A stretch of 64,000 nt of DNA. Source: Nitrospirota bacterium. Lineage in GTDB: Bacteria; Nitrospirota; JACRHL01. The first letter of the stretch is position 1; each line of letters begins with the position of its first letter. The notes beneath the pieces are model-generated. The model searched no databases and was not told the DNA's origin. It saw nothing but the letters and a program-made list of their open reading frames with translations. The translations under genes and the position numbers were made by a program. Below, one piece after another: positions 27,299 through 38,350 of the stretch. The DNA lies in the NCBI GenBank assembly GCA_016212085.1, contig JACRHL010000012.1:18459-82458 (forward strand), given 5' to 3'.

Positions 27299-27577
27299 CT
27301 AGCGGTCCACCATCTCGCGCAGTTCCTTGCCGGCCTTGAAGAACGGCACGTCCTTGGGCGGCACGCGCACCACCTCGCCGCTCTTGGGGTTGCGCCCCTC
27401 GCGGGCCGCCCGGTGACGCAGGCGGAAGCTGCCGAAGCCACGGATCTCCACCTTGTCGCCCACCGCCAGGGCATCCTTGATGCTGTTGAAAACGGTGCCG
27501 ACCAGAACGTCCACCTGGTTGCGGGTGAGGCCGTCCACCTTCTTGGCGACGTTGTCGATCAATTCCGCCTTGGTCAT
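27299..27577 (-). CDS. ihfB: integration host factor subunit beta
   Basis: ORF 27299..27658 trimmed to ATG 27577. MTKAELIDNVA.. ..VEIRGFGSFRLRHRAAREGRNPKSGEVVRVPPKDVPFFKAGKELRE.. Confidence 0.92.
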   Translation of the reverse strand: MTKAELIDNVAKKVDGLTRNQVDVLVGTVFNSIKDALAVGDKVEIRGFGSFRLRHRAAREGRNPKSGEVVRVPPKDVPFFKAGKELREMVDR

Positions 27578-27594
27578 CTTGCGTCTCCTCGCGG

Positions 27595-28479
27595 CTACGG
27601 TGCCATCAGGTACAAAACGTTCATTCCCAGCGGCCCGGAAGGGCCGGCCGGCAGCCACGGCAGCATGCCCTGGATGCCGCCGGTCAGGCGCTCCCAGGCC
27701 GGCTTGCGCCGCTCGATCACCTTGGGGCGGCCGGGGATTCCGGCCAGGTCTCCGGCGCGGCGGATGGCCGTTTCCAGGTCGCCCAGCTCGTCCACCAGCC
27801 CGGCGTCCAGCGCCTGCTTGCCGGTGAAGATGCGCCCGTCCGCCAGGGACTGGATCTCGTTCACGGGGCGGCCACGGCCGGCGGCCACCGCCTCGATGAA
27901 CTGGGCGTGGATGTCGTCCATCAACCCCTGCATCAGGGTCCGTTCCGCGGCGGTCATCTGCCGGAACGGCGAGCCGATGTCCTTGTTGGCGCCCGCCTTG
28001 ATGGTGACGTTGGAAACGCCTATTTTATCCAGCAGCGCCTCGAAATTGGCAAGCGACATGATGACGCCGATGCTGCCGGTGAGGGTGCCCGGATTGGCCA
28101 CGATCAGGTTCGACGGGGCCGAGATGTAATAGCCGCCGGAGGCGGCCACGGTGCCCATGGACACCACCACCGGCTTGCCGCTGTCGCGGAACGCGGCCAC
28201 CGCGTTGTGGATCTCCTGGGAGGGGACCACGCCGCCGCCGGGGCTGTCCACCCGCAACACCATGGCGCGCACGCGGCCGTCGTGCTGGTGCTGGCGGATG
28301 GTTTCCACCGCATCTCTGGCATCCATGATGGGCCCCTCGACCCGGACCAGGGCCACCCGGTCCGGATCGAAGGGGGATAGGGAGTGGACCCCCAGGTAGC
28401 TGGCAGCGAGCACCGCCAGGGTGAGCGCGGCAAACAGGGAAAAGCCGAGCTTCAGGGCCTTTCCGGTGGGGATCTCCAC
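27595..28479 (-). CDS. sppA: signal peptide peptidase SppA (36K type, S49 family)
   Basis: ORF track; ..VLRVDSPGGGVVPSQEI.. ..ASGGYYISAP.. ..GSIGV.. Confidence 0.9.
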   Translation of the reverse strand: MEIPTGKALKLGFSLFAALTLAVLAASYLGVHSLSPFDPDRVALVRVEGPIMDARDAVETIRQHQHDGRVRAMVLRVDSPGGGVVPSQEIHNAVAAFRDSGKPVVVSMGTVAASGGYYISAPSNLIVANPGTLTGSIGVIMSLANFEALLDKIGVSNVTIKAGANKDIGSPFRQMTAAERTLMQGLMDDIHAQFIEAVAAGRGRPVNEIQSLADGRIFTGKQALDAGLVDELGDLETAIRRAGDLAGIPGRPKVIERRKPAWERLTGGIQGMLPWLPAGPSGPLGMNVLYLMAP

Positions 28480-28491
28480 GGGCGGTCGCCC

Positions 28492-30192
28492 TTAGTCCTT
28501 GTCCTTCTTGAGCTGGTCCTGGATCAGGCTGCCCAGGGTGGTCTGCGACCGCTCGCTCTCCTGGCGCGCGACAAAGTCGGCCATGGCGCCCGCCTCCGAG
28601 TCGCCAGTGAGGGCCTTGATGGACAGGGCGATCTTCTGCTCCGCCACGTCCAGGCGGATCACCTTGGCCTTCACGGTCTGCCCGGGGGAGACCATGTCGC
28701 TCATGCGCTTGCCCTCCTCGACGACCATCTCGCTGGCCGGGATCAGGCCCTCGACGCCCTCCTCCAGCTCCACGAACACGCCGAAGTCGGCGATCTTGAC
28801 CACCTTGCAGTCGATCAAGGTGCCCACCCTGTAGGCGTTGGGGATGCGCGACTCCCAGGGGTCGGCCTCAAGCTGCTTGTAGCCCAGGGAGATGCGCTCC
28901 TTGGCGCGGTCCACCTTGAGGATCACCGCCTCCACCTCCTGGCCCTTCTGGAACAGCTCGGACGGGTGCTTGATGTGCTTGGTGTAGGAGATGTCCGAGA
29001 CGTGGATCAGGCCGTCGATGCCCTCCGGCAGGCCGACGAAGGCGCCGAAGTCGGTGAGGTTGCGGATCACGCCCTTCACGCGCTGGCCCACGGCGTAGTT
29101 CTGCTCGATCACGTCCCAGGGGTTGGGCTGGGTCTGCTTCATGCCCAGGGAGATCTTGCGGGTCTCGGGGTTGATGGACAGCACCACCACCTCGACCTGG
29201 TCGTTCACGCTCACCACCTTGGAGGGGTGCTTCACGTCCGAGGTCCAGGACATCTCGGAGACGTGGCACAGGCCCTCGACGCCCTTCTCCAGCTCGATGA
29301 AGGCGCCGTAGTCGGTGAGGCTCACCACCTTGCCCCGGATGCGGCTGTTGACCGCGTACTTCTCGGCGGCGGTGGTCCAGGGGTCCGGGGTCTTCTGCTT
29401 GAGGCCGAGGGACACGCGCTGGCTGTCGCGGTCGAAGCGCAGCACCACCACCTGGAGCCGGTCGCCCACCCTGAGCACCTCCGAGGGGTGGTTGATGCGG
29501 CCCCAGGAGATGTCGGTGATGTGCAGCAGGCCGTCGATGCCGCCCAGGTCCACGAAGGCGCCGTAGTCGGTGATGTTCTTCACCACGCCGTCGATCAGCA
29601 GGCCCGGCTCCAGGTTGGCCAGGGTGGCATCGCGCAGCTTGCCGCGCTCCTCCTCCAGCAGCACCCGGCGCGACAGCACGATATTGTTGCGCTTGCGGTT
29701 GATCTTGATGACCTGCATGGCCAGGGTCTGGCCGATCAGCGCGTCCAGGTCGCGCACGGGGCGCAGGTCGATCTGCGAGCCGGGCAGGAAGCCCTTGATG
29801 CCCCCCACGTCGACGATCAGGCCGCCCTTGATGCGGGACAGGATGACACCCTCCACCGGGGTCTCGGAGTCGTGGGCGTCCTTGAGGGCCTCCCACACCT
29901 TCATGCGGTCGGCCTTCTCCTTCGACAGGACCAGCTTGCCGTCCTTGTTCTCCGGGTTCTCGATGTACACCTGGAGGCCGGAACCGGTATCGAGGGCGGC
30001 CCACTCCTCCGGGGTGAACTCACCCTTGTTGACGACCGCCTCCATCTTGTAGCCGATGTCGACCATCACGCCGTCGGGCTGCTTGCCGATCACGGTTCCG
30101 TCGACCACCTCACCTTCGTTGAAGTTCTTGAAGGTGGCCTCGCACATCTCGAGCATCTGCTCGGTGGAAATACCCTGGGTTGCCTGGCTCAA
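28492..30192 (-). CDS. rpsA: 30S ribosomal protein S1 (start uncertain: TTG 30192 after AGGAG, or TTG 30213)
   Basis: ORF 28492..30213; six S1 repeats, e.g. ..GEVVDGTVIG.. ..VEGVILSRIKGGLIVDVGGIKGFLPGSQ.. Confidence 0.95.
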   Translation of the reverse strand: MSQATQGISTEQMLEMCEATFKNFNEGEVVDGTVIGKQPDGVMVDIGYKMEAVVNKGEFTPEEWAALDTGSGLQVYIENPENKDGKLVLSKEKADRMKVWEALKDAHDSETPVEGVILSRIKGGLIVDVGGIKGFLPGSQIDLRPVRDLDALIGQTLAMQVIKINRKRNNIVLSRRVLLEEERGKLRDATLANLEPGLLIDGVVKNITDYGAFVDLGGIDGLLHITDISWGRINHPSEVLRVGDRLQVVVLRFDRDSQRVSLGLKQKTPDPWTTAAEKYAVNSRIRGKVVSLTDYGAFIELEKGVEGLCHVSEMSWTSDVKHPSKVVSVNDQVEVVVLSINPETRKISLGMKQTQPNPWDVIEQNYAVGQRVKGVIRNLTDFGAFVGLPEGIDGLIHVSDISYTKHIKHPSELFQKGQEVEAVILKVDRAKERISLGYKQLEADPWESRIPNAYRVGTLIDCKVVKIADFGVFVELEEGVEGLIPASEMVVEEGKRMSDMVSPGQTVKAKVIRLDVAEQKIALSIKALTGDSEAGAMADFVARQESERSQTTLGSLIQDQLKKDKD

Positions 30193-30397
30193 TTGATTCA
30201 AACTCCTAAACAAGCAGCATGTCCGTCAAATTGGGTTGCAATCGCCGCGCGCCCGCGCGGCACCACCGCCCCGTGCGGGGCCACGCCCACCACCGTCCCG
30301 CCAACGGACAAATTCCGGGCCGGAGGGGGCGCTTCGCCGTGGGTTCGCGTGCACTGTTTGGTGCTGCGCGCGACCGCGAGCGAGGGGAAAGTCTAGT

Positions 30398-30427
30398 ACT
30401 ATAAACGCCGTCGCGGGTGCTTGGCAA
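30398..30427 (-). promoter_or_regulatory. sigma-70-type promoter candidate for rpsA
   Basis: Minus strand TTGCCA-N18-TATAGT, ~190 nt upstream of the rpsA start. Confidence 0.4.
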
Positions 30428-30459
30428 GCCCGCCGCGCGGGATCGTGCCCGGGCCTGCG

Positions 30460-31191
30460 TCAGGCGTCGGGGCCGGGCACGTCGCCGTGCAGGGCGCGCA
30501 GGGCGTTCTCGGCGGCCAGCCGCTCCGCGTCGCGCTTGCTGGTGCCGGTGCCGCGCGCCAGCTCCTTGCCCGCCAGGATCGCCGCCACCGTGTAGGTGCG
30601 GCAGTGGTCCGGGCCGCTGGCGTCCAGCAGGCGGTAGCCGGGCAGCCCCATCCCCTGGGCCTGGGTCCATTCTTGCAACGCGGTCTTGTAGTCGCCGCGC
30701 GGCGCGCTGCGCTGGCGCACGGTTTCCAGGTCCGTCTCGAACAGGGTCAGGATGACCCGTTCCACCGGTTCCATGCCGCCATCCAGGTAGATGGCCCCCA
30801 GCACCGCCTCCAGCGCGTCGCTGAGGATGGACGACTTTTCGCGGCCGCGGGTATCCTCCTCGCCGCGCCCCAGCGCCAGGTACGCGCCCAGGCTCAGGGA
30901 GCGCGCCAGGGCCGCCAGGGCAGCCTCGCTCACCAGGGTGGACTTGTAGCGGGTGAGCGCCCCCTCGGCGGCGTCGCCAAAGCGCTCGAACAGGGCGCGG
31001 GCGATGACCAGGTCCAGCACCGCGTCGCCCAGGAACTCCAGCCGTTCGTTGGATTCGGGAAACTCGCTGGGCCGTTCGTTGGGGGCGGAGCGGTGCACCA
31101 GGGCGTGCCGCAGGCGGCCGCCGCTCCTGAAGCGGTAGCCGATGGCCCGCTCCAGCTGCTCCAGGTTGGGGCCGTCAGCCACCGAGCGCAT
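30460..31191 (-). CDS. rnc: ribonuclease III
   Basis: ORF track; ..NERLEFLGDAVLDLVIA.. ..DALEAVLGAIYLD.. plus a C-terminal dsRBD. Confidence 0.93.
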   Translation of the reverse strand: MRSVADGPNLEQLERAIGYRFRSGGRLRHALVHRSAPNERPSEFPESNERLEFLGDAVLDLVIARALFERFGDAAEGALTRYKSTLVSEAALAALARSLSLGAYLALGRGEEDTRGREKSSILSDALEAVLGAIYLDGGMEPVERVILTLFETDLETVRQRSAPRGDYKTALQEWTQAQGMGLPGYRLLDASGPDHCRTYTVAAILAGKELARGTGTSKRDAERLAAENALRALHGDVPGPDA

Positions 31192-32935
31192 CCCGTATCC
31201 GTTGCTTCAGCTCCGCGCAGACCGCTTCCAGAGGTACCTCGCGGGTGTCGCCGCCGGCCCGCTCCTTCACCTCGCAGATGCCCTTTTCCAGGCCCCGCTC
31301 GCCGAGCACCACGATGAGCGGGATGCCCAGCAGTTCCGCGTCGGTGAGCTTCACGCCGCCGCGCTCGTTGCGGTCGTCGAACAGCACCTCGATGCCCGCG
31401 TCGGCCATCTGCCGGTACAGCGTCTCGGCGGCGCCGGCCAGCGCCTCCGACTTCATGTTCATGGCCACCAGCGCCACGTGGTAGGGGGCGATGGGCATGG
31501 GCCAGATGATGCCCCGCGCGTCGTGGTTCTGCTCCACGGCGGCGGCGGCGCTGCGGCCGACGCCGATGCCGTAGCAGCCCATGACGAACGGCTGCTTCCT
31601 GCCGCCCGCGTCCAGGAAGGTGGCGTTCATCTGCTCGCTGTACTTGGTGCCGAGCATGAAGATGTGCCCCACCTCGATGCCGCGCCGGATGGCCAGCGTG
31701 CCGCCCTCGCAGCGCGGACAGCCGTCGCCCGCCCGGGCGGTGTCCAGGTCCGCCACCGCCTCGATGCCGAAATCACGCCCCGGCAGCACGTGGGCCAGGT
31801 GGGTGTCGGCGGCGTTGGCGCCGCACACGGCGTCGGTGAGGCTTGCCACGGAGCGGTCGGCCACCACCCGGGCCCCTTCGGGTAAACCCACGGGGCCGGA
31901 AAAGCCCACCGGGCCGCCGGTGGCGCGGGCGATGTCCGCATCCTCCGCTAGGCGCAGCTCGGCCACGCCCAGGTGGTTGGCCAGCTTGACCTCGTTGACC
32001 TCGCGGTCGCCGCGGATCAGCACCATCACCAACTGGGTGGGCCATCCTTTGCGGCCAAGCTCAAGCGTCCCATGCGGCGGGTCGGTATTGAACACCAGCG
32101 CCTTGATGAAGCGTTCGGGCTTCTCGTTCAGGAATGCCGCCACGTCCGCCACGCTGTGCACGCCCGGCGTTGCCCGCCGTTCCATGGCCGGCGTGTCGCG
32201 CCGCTCCGGGGCCGCCACCTTGCTGGTGGCCTTCTCGCTGTTGGCGGCGTAGTCGCACGCCTCGCAGTAGACCACGTCGTCCTCGCCCGTGTCGGCAAGG
32301 ACCATGAACTCGTGGGAGAAGCTGCCGCCGATCTGCCCGGAGTCCGCCTCCACGGCGCGGAAGGTGAGGCCCATGCGCCGGAAGATGCGGTGGTAGGCGT
32401 CGGCCATGGCCCGGTAGGTCTTTTCCGCCCCGGCCACGTCGGCGTCGAAGCTGTAGCCGTCCTTCATGATGAACTCGCGGCCGCGCATGAGGCCGAAGCG
32501 CGGGCGGATCTCGTCGCGGAACTTGGTCTGCATCTGGAACAGGTTGACGGGCAGCTGCTTGTAGCTGCGCACCTCGCCGCGCACCAGGTCGGTGATGACC
32601 TCCTCGTGGGTGGGGCCGATGCAGAACTGGCGGTCGTGCCGGTCGGTGACCCGCAGCAGCTCCTTGCCATAGACGTTCCAGCGGCCGGTCTCCCGCCACA
32701 GCTCGGCGGGCTGCACGGCGGGCATGCGCAGCTCCTGGGCGCCGGCGCGCTCCATCTCCTCGCGCACGATCTGCTCCACCTTGCGCAGCACGCGCCAGCC
32801 CACCGGCAGGTAGGTGTAGATGCCGGCGGCCACCTTGCGGATCATGCCGGCGCGGGCCATGAGCTTGTGGCTGACCACCTCGGCGTCGGCCGGGTCGTCG
32901 CGCAGGGTGGGGATGAGGGCGGCGGAGAAGCGCAT
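31175..32935 (-). CDS. proS: proline--tRNA ligase
   Basis: ORF track; MRFSAALIPTLRDDPADAEVVSHKLMARAGMIRKVAAGIYTYLPVG.. with an editing-domain insertion. Confidence 0.95.
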   Translation of the reverse strand: MRFSAALIPTLRDDPADAEVVSHKLMARAGMIRKVAAGIYTYLPVGWRVLRKVEQIVREEMERAGAQELRMPAVQPAELWRETGRWNVYGKELLRVTDRHDRQFCIGPTHEEVITDLVRGEVRSYKQLPVNLFQMQTKFRDEIRPRFGLMRGREFIMKDGYSFDADVAGAEKTYRAMADAYHRIFRRMGLTFRAVEADSGQIGGSFSHEFMVLADTGEDDVVYCEACDYAANSEKATSKVAAPERRDTPAMERRATPGVHSVADVAAFLNEKPERFIKALVFNTDPPHGTLELGRKGWPTQLVMVLIRGDREVNEVKLANHLGVAELRLAEDADIARATGGPVGFSGPVGLPEGARVVADRSVASLTDAVCGANAADTHLAHVLPGRDFGIEAVADLDTARAGDGCPRCEGGTLAIRRGIEVGHIFMLGTKYSEQMNATFLDAGGRKQPFVMGCYGIGVGRSAAAAVEQNHDARGIIWPMPIAPYHVALVAMNMKSEALAGAAETLYRQMADAGIEVLFDDRNERGGVKLTDAELLGIPLIVVLGERGLEKGICEVKERAGGDTREVPLEAVCAELKQRIRDALGG

Positions 32936-32974
32936 GGGGATGATTTCGGTTGTTGCTGGGGTTGAAGATTAAAT

Positions 32975-34102
32975 TTAGCCGATGCGTCCGGCGGGCAGCA
33001 CCTTGAGGGGCGAGGTGTCCTGCCCGGCACGCCGGGCCGCCATGGCCTGGGCCTGGTCGACCAGCAGGTCCACCAGTTCCGCCTCGGGCACCTTGCGCAC
33101 CAGCCGCCCGTCCTTGAACAGGATGCCGTGGTCGCGCCCGCCGGCGATGCCCAGGTCCGCCTCCTTGCCCTCGCCGATGCCGTTCACCACGCAGCCCAGG
33201 ATGGCGATGTCGAGGGGTTCCCTGATGTGGGCCAGGCGGCGCTCCACCTCGGCGGCGATATGCACCACGTCGATCTCCAGCCGTCCGCAGGTGGGGCAGG
33301 AGATGACGTTCACGCCCCGGTGGCGCAGGCCCAGGCTCTTGAGCACCTCGAAGCCCACCCGCACCTCCTCCACCGGGTCGGCGGAGAGGGACACGCGCAG
33401 GGTGTCGCCGATGCCCTGGGACAGCAGGAGGCCCATGGCCACCGCGCTCTTGACGCTGCCGGTGAGCAGGGTGCCGGCCTCGGTCACCCCCAGGTGCAGC
33501 GGGTAGTCGGACACCTCGGAGAAGCGCCGGTAGGCATCGATCATGAGCGGTGGCGACGACGCCTTGAGGGACACCTTGATCGCGAGGAAGTCCAGGTCCT
33601 CCAGGATGCGGATGTGGCGCAGGGCCGATTCCACCATGGCCTCCGCCGTGGGGTAGCCGTGGCGGGCCAGCAGGTCCTGCTCCAGGGAGCCGGCGTTGAC
33701 GCCGATGCGGATGGGCACGCCGCGCTCCTTGCAGGCGGCCACCACCTCGCGCACCTTGTGGGTGGCGCCGATGTTGCCCGGGTTCAGGCGCAGGCCGTCC
33801 ACCCCGCTGGCCACGGCTGCCAGCGCCAGCCGGTGGTCGAAGTGGATGTCGGCGATGAGCGGGATGGGGCTTTGGGAGCGGATGGCGCCCAGCGCCCCGG
33901 CGGCGTCCTGGTCCACCACCGCCACCCGCACGATCTCGCAGCCGGCGTCGGCCAGGGCCTGGATCTCGCGCACGGTGCCCGCCACGTCGCGGGTGTCGCA
34001 CACGGTCATGGACTGCACGCTGATGGGGGCGCCGCCACCGATCTTGACGCCGCCCACGTCGATCTGCCGGGTCTGCCTGCGGTTGATTTCCATAGAACGC
34101 AA
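32975..34102 (-). CDS. ispG: 4-hydroxy-3-methylbut-2-en-1-yl diphosphate synthase
   Basis: ORF track; ..VGGVKIGGGAPISVQSMT.. ..LIADIHFDHRLAL.. ..ISCPTCGR.. Confidence 0.95.
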   Translation of the reverse strand: MRSMEINRRQTRQIDVGGVKIGGGAPISVQSMTVCDTRDVAGTVREIQALADAGCEIVRVAVVDQDAAGALGAIRSQSPIPLIADIHFDHRLALAAVASGVDGLRLNPGNIGATHKVREVVAACKERGVPIRIGVNAGSLEQDLLARHGYPTAEAMVESALRHIRILEDLDFLAIKVSLKASSPPLMIDAYRRFSEVSDYPLHLGVTEAGTLLTGSVKSAVAMGLLLSQGIGDTLRVSLSADPVEEVRVGFEVLKSLGLRHRGVNVISCPTCGRLEIDVVHIAAEVERRLAHIREPLDIAILGCVVNGIGEGKEADLGIAGGRDHGILFKDGRLVRKVPEAELVDLLVDQAQAMAARRAGQDTSPLKVLPAGRIG

Positions 34103-34287
34103 ATATTACATGAGCCGCCCCGTCCGTCGATAGGGATCGATGTTCCACGCCCATCCGGGCGTCGCCCCGATCCTCCCGCGCGGATGGGCGTTCCGGAGCG
34201 AAATACAGTATCCTGTAGGACACTGGAAATACCCCGCCGGAGGTACCGGGCGGGTGGACGGGCACTACACGTGAGAAAGGAGTTGCG

Positions 34288-35726
<1,439 letters not shown>

Positions 35727-35730
<4 letters not shown>

Positions 35731-36206
35731 GCACCGCGCGACACCACCCCATCCGCCCCTGGCCGGCGGCGCTCCTGTGCGCCGCCGTGCTGGCGTCCGG
35801 CTGCGCCTCGCTGGAGTGGCGGACACCGTCGTCCCGGGAGCCCGTCCCGGACGATCCGGTTGGTGGCGCGCGGCTGCTGGCGCGGGAGGCGCCGGCGGAC
35901 GCGGCCGCGCTGCTCCGCTCCGCCCTGGCGGAAGGGCGCGCCCCGGCGGACGCGCTGCTGTTCGAGCTGGGCCTGGTGCTGCTGGCGCCGGGCATCGACG
36001 ACCGCCCGGCCGCCCGCGCCGCGTTCGACAAGCTGATCTCCGCCCATCCGGCCAGCCCCCATCGCGCCGCCGCCCTGGGCCTGCGCGCGCTGCTCGATCA
36101 GGCCAAGGCCCTGCAGGCGGACAATGCCGCCCTGCGCGACGACCTGAAGCGCATCATGGACATCGATCTGGAAACCCAGCGCCAGCGGCGCGGCACCGGC
36201 GGGTAG
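35727..36206 (+). CDS. hypothetical lipoprotein
   Basis: ORF track; GTG overlaps the malic-enzyme stop. Lipobox ..VLASGC; helical Ala/Leu-rich. Confidence 0.6.
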
Positions 36207-36214
36207 ACGCGGGG

Positions 36215-36886
36215 TTACGGCCCCGCGTCCCGGTCCGGCGTGGGGTGGTGCTGTTCGTGCAGCTCGCGCTTGAGCGCCGCCACCTCCTCGTAGAGGGCGA
36301 GGATGCGTTCCATGGTGGGGTCGGGCATCTCGGTGTGGTCGAGCGCCTTCTCCGGAAAATCCCCCGGGATCTTGTGGATGATGCGGCCGGGGATGCCCAC
36401 CACCGTGCAGTTGTCGGGTACCGGCTTCAATACCACCGAGTTGGCCCCGATCTTCACGTTGTCGCCGATGACGATGCCGCCCAGCACCTTGGCGCCGCCC
36501 CCCACCACCACATGGTTGCCCAGGGTGGGGTGGCGCTTGCCGCGTTCCTTGCCGGTGCCCCCCAGGGTGACCCCCTGGTAGAGGGTGACGTGGTGGCCGA
36601 TCTCCGTGGTCTCGCCGATCACCACCCCCATGCCGTGGTCGATGAAGAAGGCGTGGCCGATCACCGCGCCCGGGTGGATCTCGATGCCGGTGAAGAAGCG
36701 CGCCAACTGGGAGATGAGGCGCGGCAGCACCGGCACCTGGCGGCGCCACAGGGCGTGGGCGATGCGGTGGGCGAGGATGGCGTGCCAGCCGGAATAGAGC
36801 AGGAACACCTCCACCCGGCTGACCGCCGCCGGGTCGCGCTCGAAGATGGCGGTAAAGTCTTCCTTGAGGGTCTTGAGCAGCTTCAT
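36215..36886 (-). CDS. cysE: serine O-acetyltransferase
   Basis: ORF track; ..[29 protein letters not shown].. ..[24 protein letters not shown].. Confidence 0.92.
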   Translation of the reverse strand: MKLLKTLKEDFTAIFERDPAAVSRVEVFLLYSGWHAILAHRIAHALWRRQVPVLPRLISQLARFFTGIEIHPGAVIGHAFFIDHGMGVVIGETTEIGHHVTLYQGVTLGGTGKERGKRHPTLGNHVVVGGGAKVLGGIVIGDNVKIGANSVVLKPVPDNCTVVGIPGRIIHKIPGDFPEKALDHTEMPDPTMERILALYEEVAALKRELHEQHHPTPDRDAGP

Positions 36887-36890
36887 GGCC

Positions 36891-37394
36891 TTATCGTGTC
36901 AGGGCGGCGCCGGTGGGCGCGCCATGGGGTTCCAGGAGGCACACCGCCTGCACGGCGATGCCCTCGCCGCGCCCCAGGCAGCCCAGTTTTTCGTGGGTGG
37001 TGGCCTTCACGTTCACCCGTTCGGCCGGGCACCCCAGCGCGCCCGCCAGGTTGGCCCCCATGGCCGCCACGTGCGGGGCCAGGCGCGGCGCCTGGGCGAT
37101 CACCGTGGCGTCCACGTTGCCCACCCGGAAGCCCGCGTCCACCATCAACCGCGCCACGTGGCGGAGCAGGGCCAGGCTGTCGGCCCCCGCGTAGGCCGGG
37201 TCCGTATCCGGGAAGTGGCGGCCGATGTCGCCCAGCCCCAGGGCCCCCAGCACCGCGTCGGCCACCGCGTGCGCCAGGGCGTCCGCGTCGGAGTGGCCGG
37301 CCAGGCCGTGGCTGTGGGGAATGGTCACCCCGCCCAGCACCAGCGGGCGGCCCGTCACCAGGGCGTGCACGTCGTATCCGCAGCCGATTCTCAT
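36891..37394 (-). CDS. ispF: 2-C-methyl-D-erythritol 2,4-cyclodiphosphate synthase
   Basis: ORF 36891..37400 trimmed to ATG 37394. [13 protein letters not shown].. ..[12 protein letters not shown].. Confidence 0.93.
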   Translation of the reverse strand: MRIGCGYDVHALVTGRPLVLGGVTIPHSHGLAGHSDADALAHAVADAVLGALGLGDIGRHFPDTDPAYAGADSLALLRHVARLMVDAGFRVGNVDATVIAQAPRLAPHVAAMGANLAGALGCPAERVNVKATTHEKLGCLGRGEGIAVQAVCLLEPHGAPTGAALTR

Positions 37395-37537
37395 GGGCAC
37401 CTCTATTAACCTGCTACGCGCCCCGATTGCTGCGTTGGGCGGTGCTCGAACCCTCGCCTATCACCATGATATGTCTCGGGTTCTGCGCTCCGTCCGCCTT
37501 GCACTCATGGCGCTCGCGACGGTTAATAGAAGTGCCC
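37395..37537 (-). mobile_element. MITE-like element, copy 2 (143 bp, inverted relative to copy 1, 4-bp TSD TCAT)
   Basis: Ends are GGGCACCTCTATTAACC and GGTTAATAGAAGTGCCC. TCAT at 37391-37394 and 37538-37541. Confidence 0.8.
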
Positions 37538-38248
37538 TCATGATTCCGCGTCCAGCCACGCCCGTGCCGTCAACAGGTCCTGGGGCGTGGTCACCTTGAG
37601 CGCCTCCAGGCGCCCTTCCAGCATGGTCACCGTGGCGCCCGCCGCCTCCGCCAGCGCGGCGTCGTCGGTGCCGGTGGTGCCGCGTTGCCGCGCCAGACCG
37701 TAGGCGTCGCGGATCATCTTAGCGGGAAACACCTGGGGGGTAAACGCCTGCCACAGCCGGGTGCGGTCCGGGGTGCCGGTGACGCGGCCCCGGGCATCCA
37801 CCCGCTTGATGGTGTCGTGGCAGGGGCGGCCCACCACCACCCCCACGCCGTCCTGCCCGGCGCGGCGGATGGCCTCGGCCAGGGTGCGCGGGTCGGGGAA
37901 CGGCCGGGCGGCGTCGTGCACGGCGATCACCGTCGCCTGGGCGGAAACCGCCTGGATGCCGTTGTACACGGATTCCTGGCGCGTCGCCCCGCCGGCCACC
38001 GGCCCCGCACAGCTGATGCCGTGCCGGGCCAGGAGCGCGCGGGTGGCGTCCAGCTCCGTGGGCGGCACCACCGGCACCACCTCGCGCACCAGCGGGCAGG
38101 CCAGCAGCGCGCGCAGGGTGTGGACGATCAGCGGCGCCCCGTGCAGTTCCAGGAACTGCTTGGGCAGCGCCGTGCCCATGCGTGTGCCGCGGCCGCCGGC
38201 GGGCACCACCACGGAGGCGTGCGGTGTTGGGGTTGTGGGATCGATCAC
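37538..38248 (-). CDS. ispD: 2-C-methyl-D-erythritol 4-phosphate cytidylyltransferase
   Basis: ORF track; ..VVVPAGGRGTRMG..PKQFLEL.. ..VHDAARPF.. Confidence 0.92.
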   Translation of the reverse strand: MIDPTTPTPHASVVVPAGGRGTRMGTALPKQFLELHGAPLIVHTLRALLACPLVREVVPVVPPTELDATRALLARHGISCAGPVAGGATRQESVYNGIQAVSAQATVIAVHDAARPFPDPRTLAEAIRRAGQDGVGVVVGRPCHDTIKRVDARGRVTGTPDRTRLWQAFTPQVFPAKMIRDAYGLARQRGTTGTDDAALAEAAGATVTMLEGRLEALKVTTPQDLLTARAWLDAES

Positions 38249-38350
38249 GTGAAATCCGCCCGCGGGGCGGCCCGGGTCGGACCGCCGCGCAAAAAAGGGA
38301 AGGATACGCCGCCGCCGCGTCGGGGTAAACCGCCCGTTTTCATGCGGAAT

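Noticed and set aside
38320-38350. Possible fourth fragment of the multi-hairpin repeat (AAACCGCCCGTTTTCATGCGGAATTC)
   Set aside because: The similarity covers only ~25 nt split between two different parts of the unit, which is too short to separate from chance by eye.
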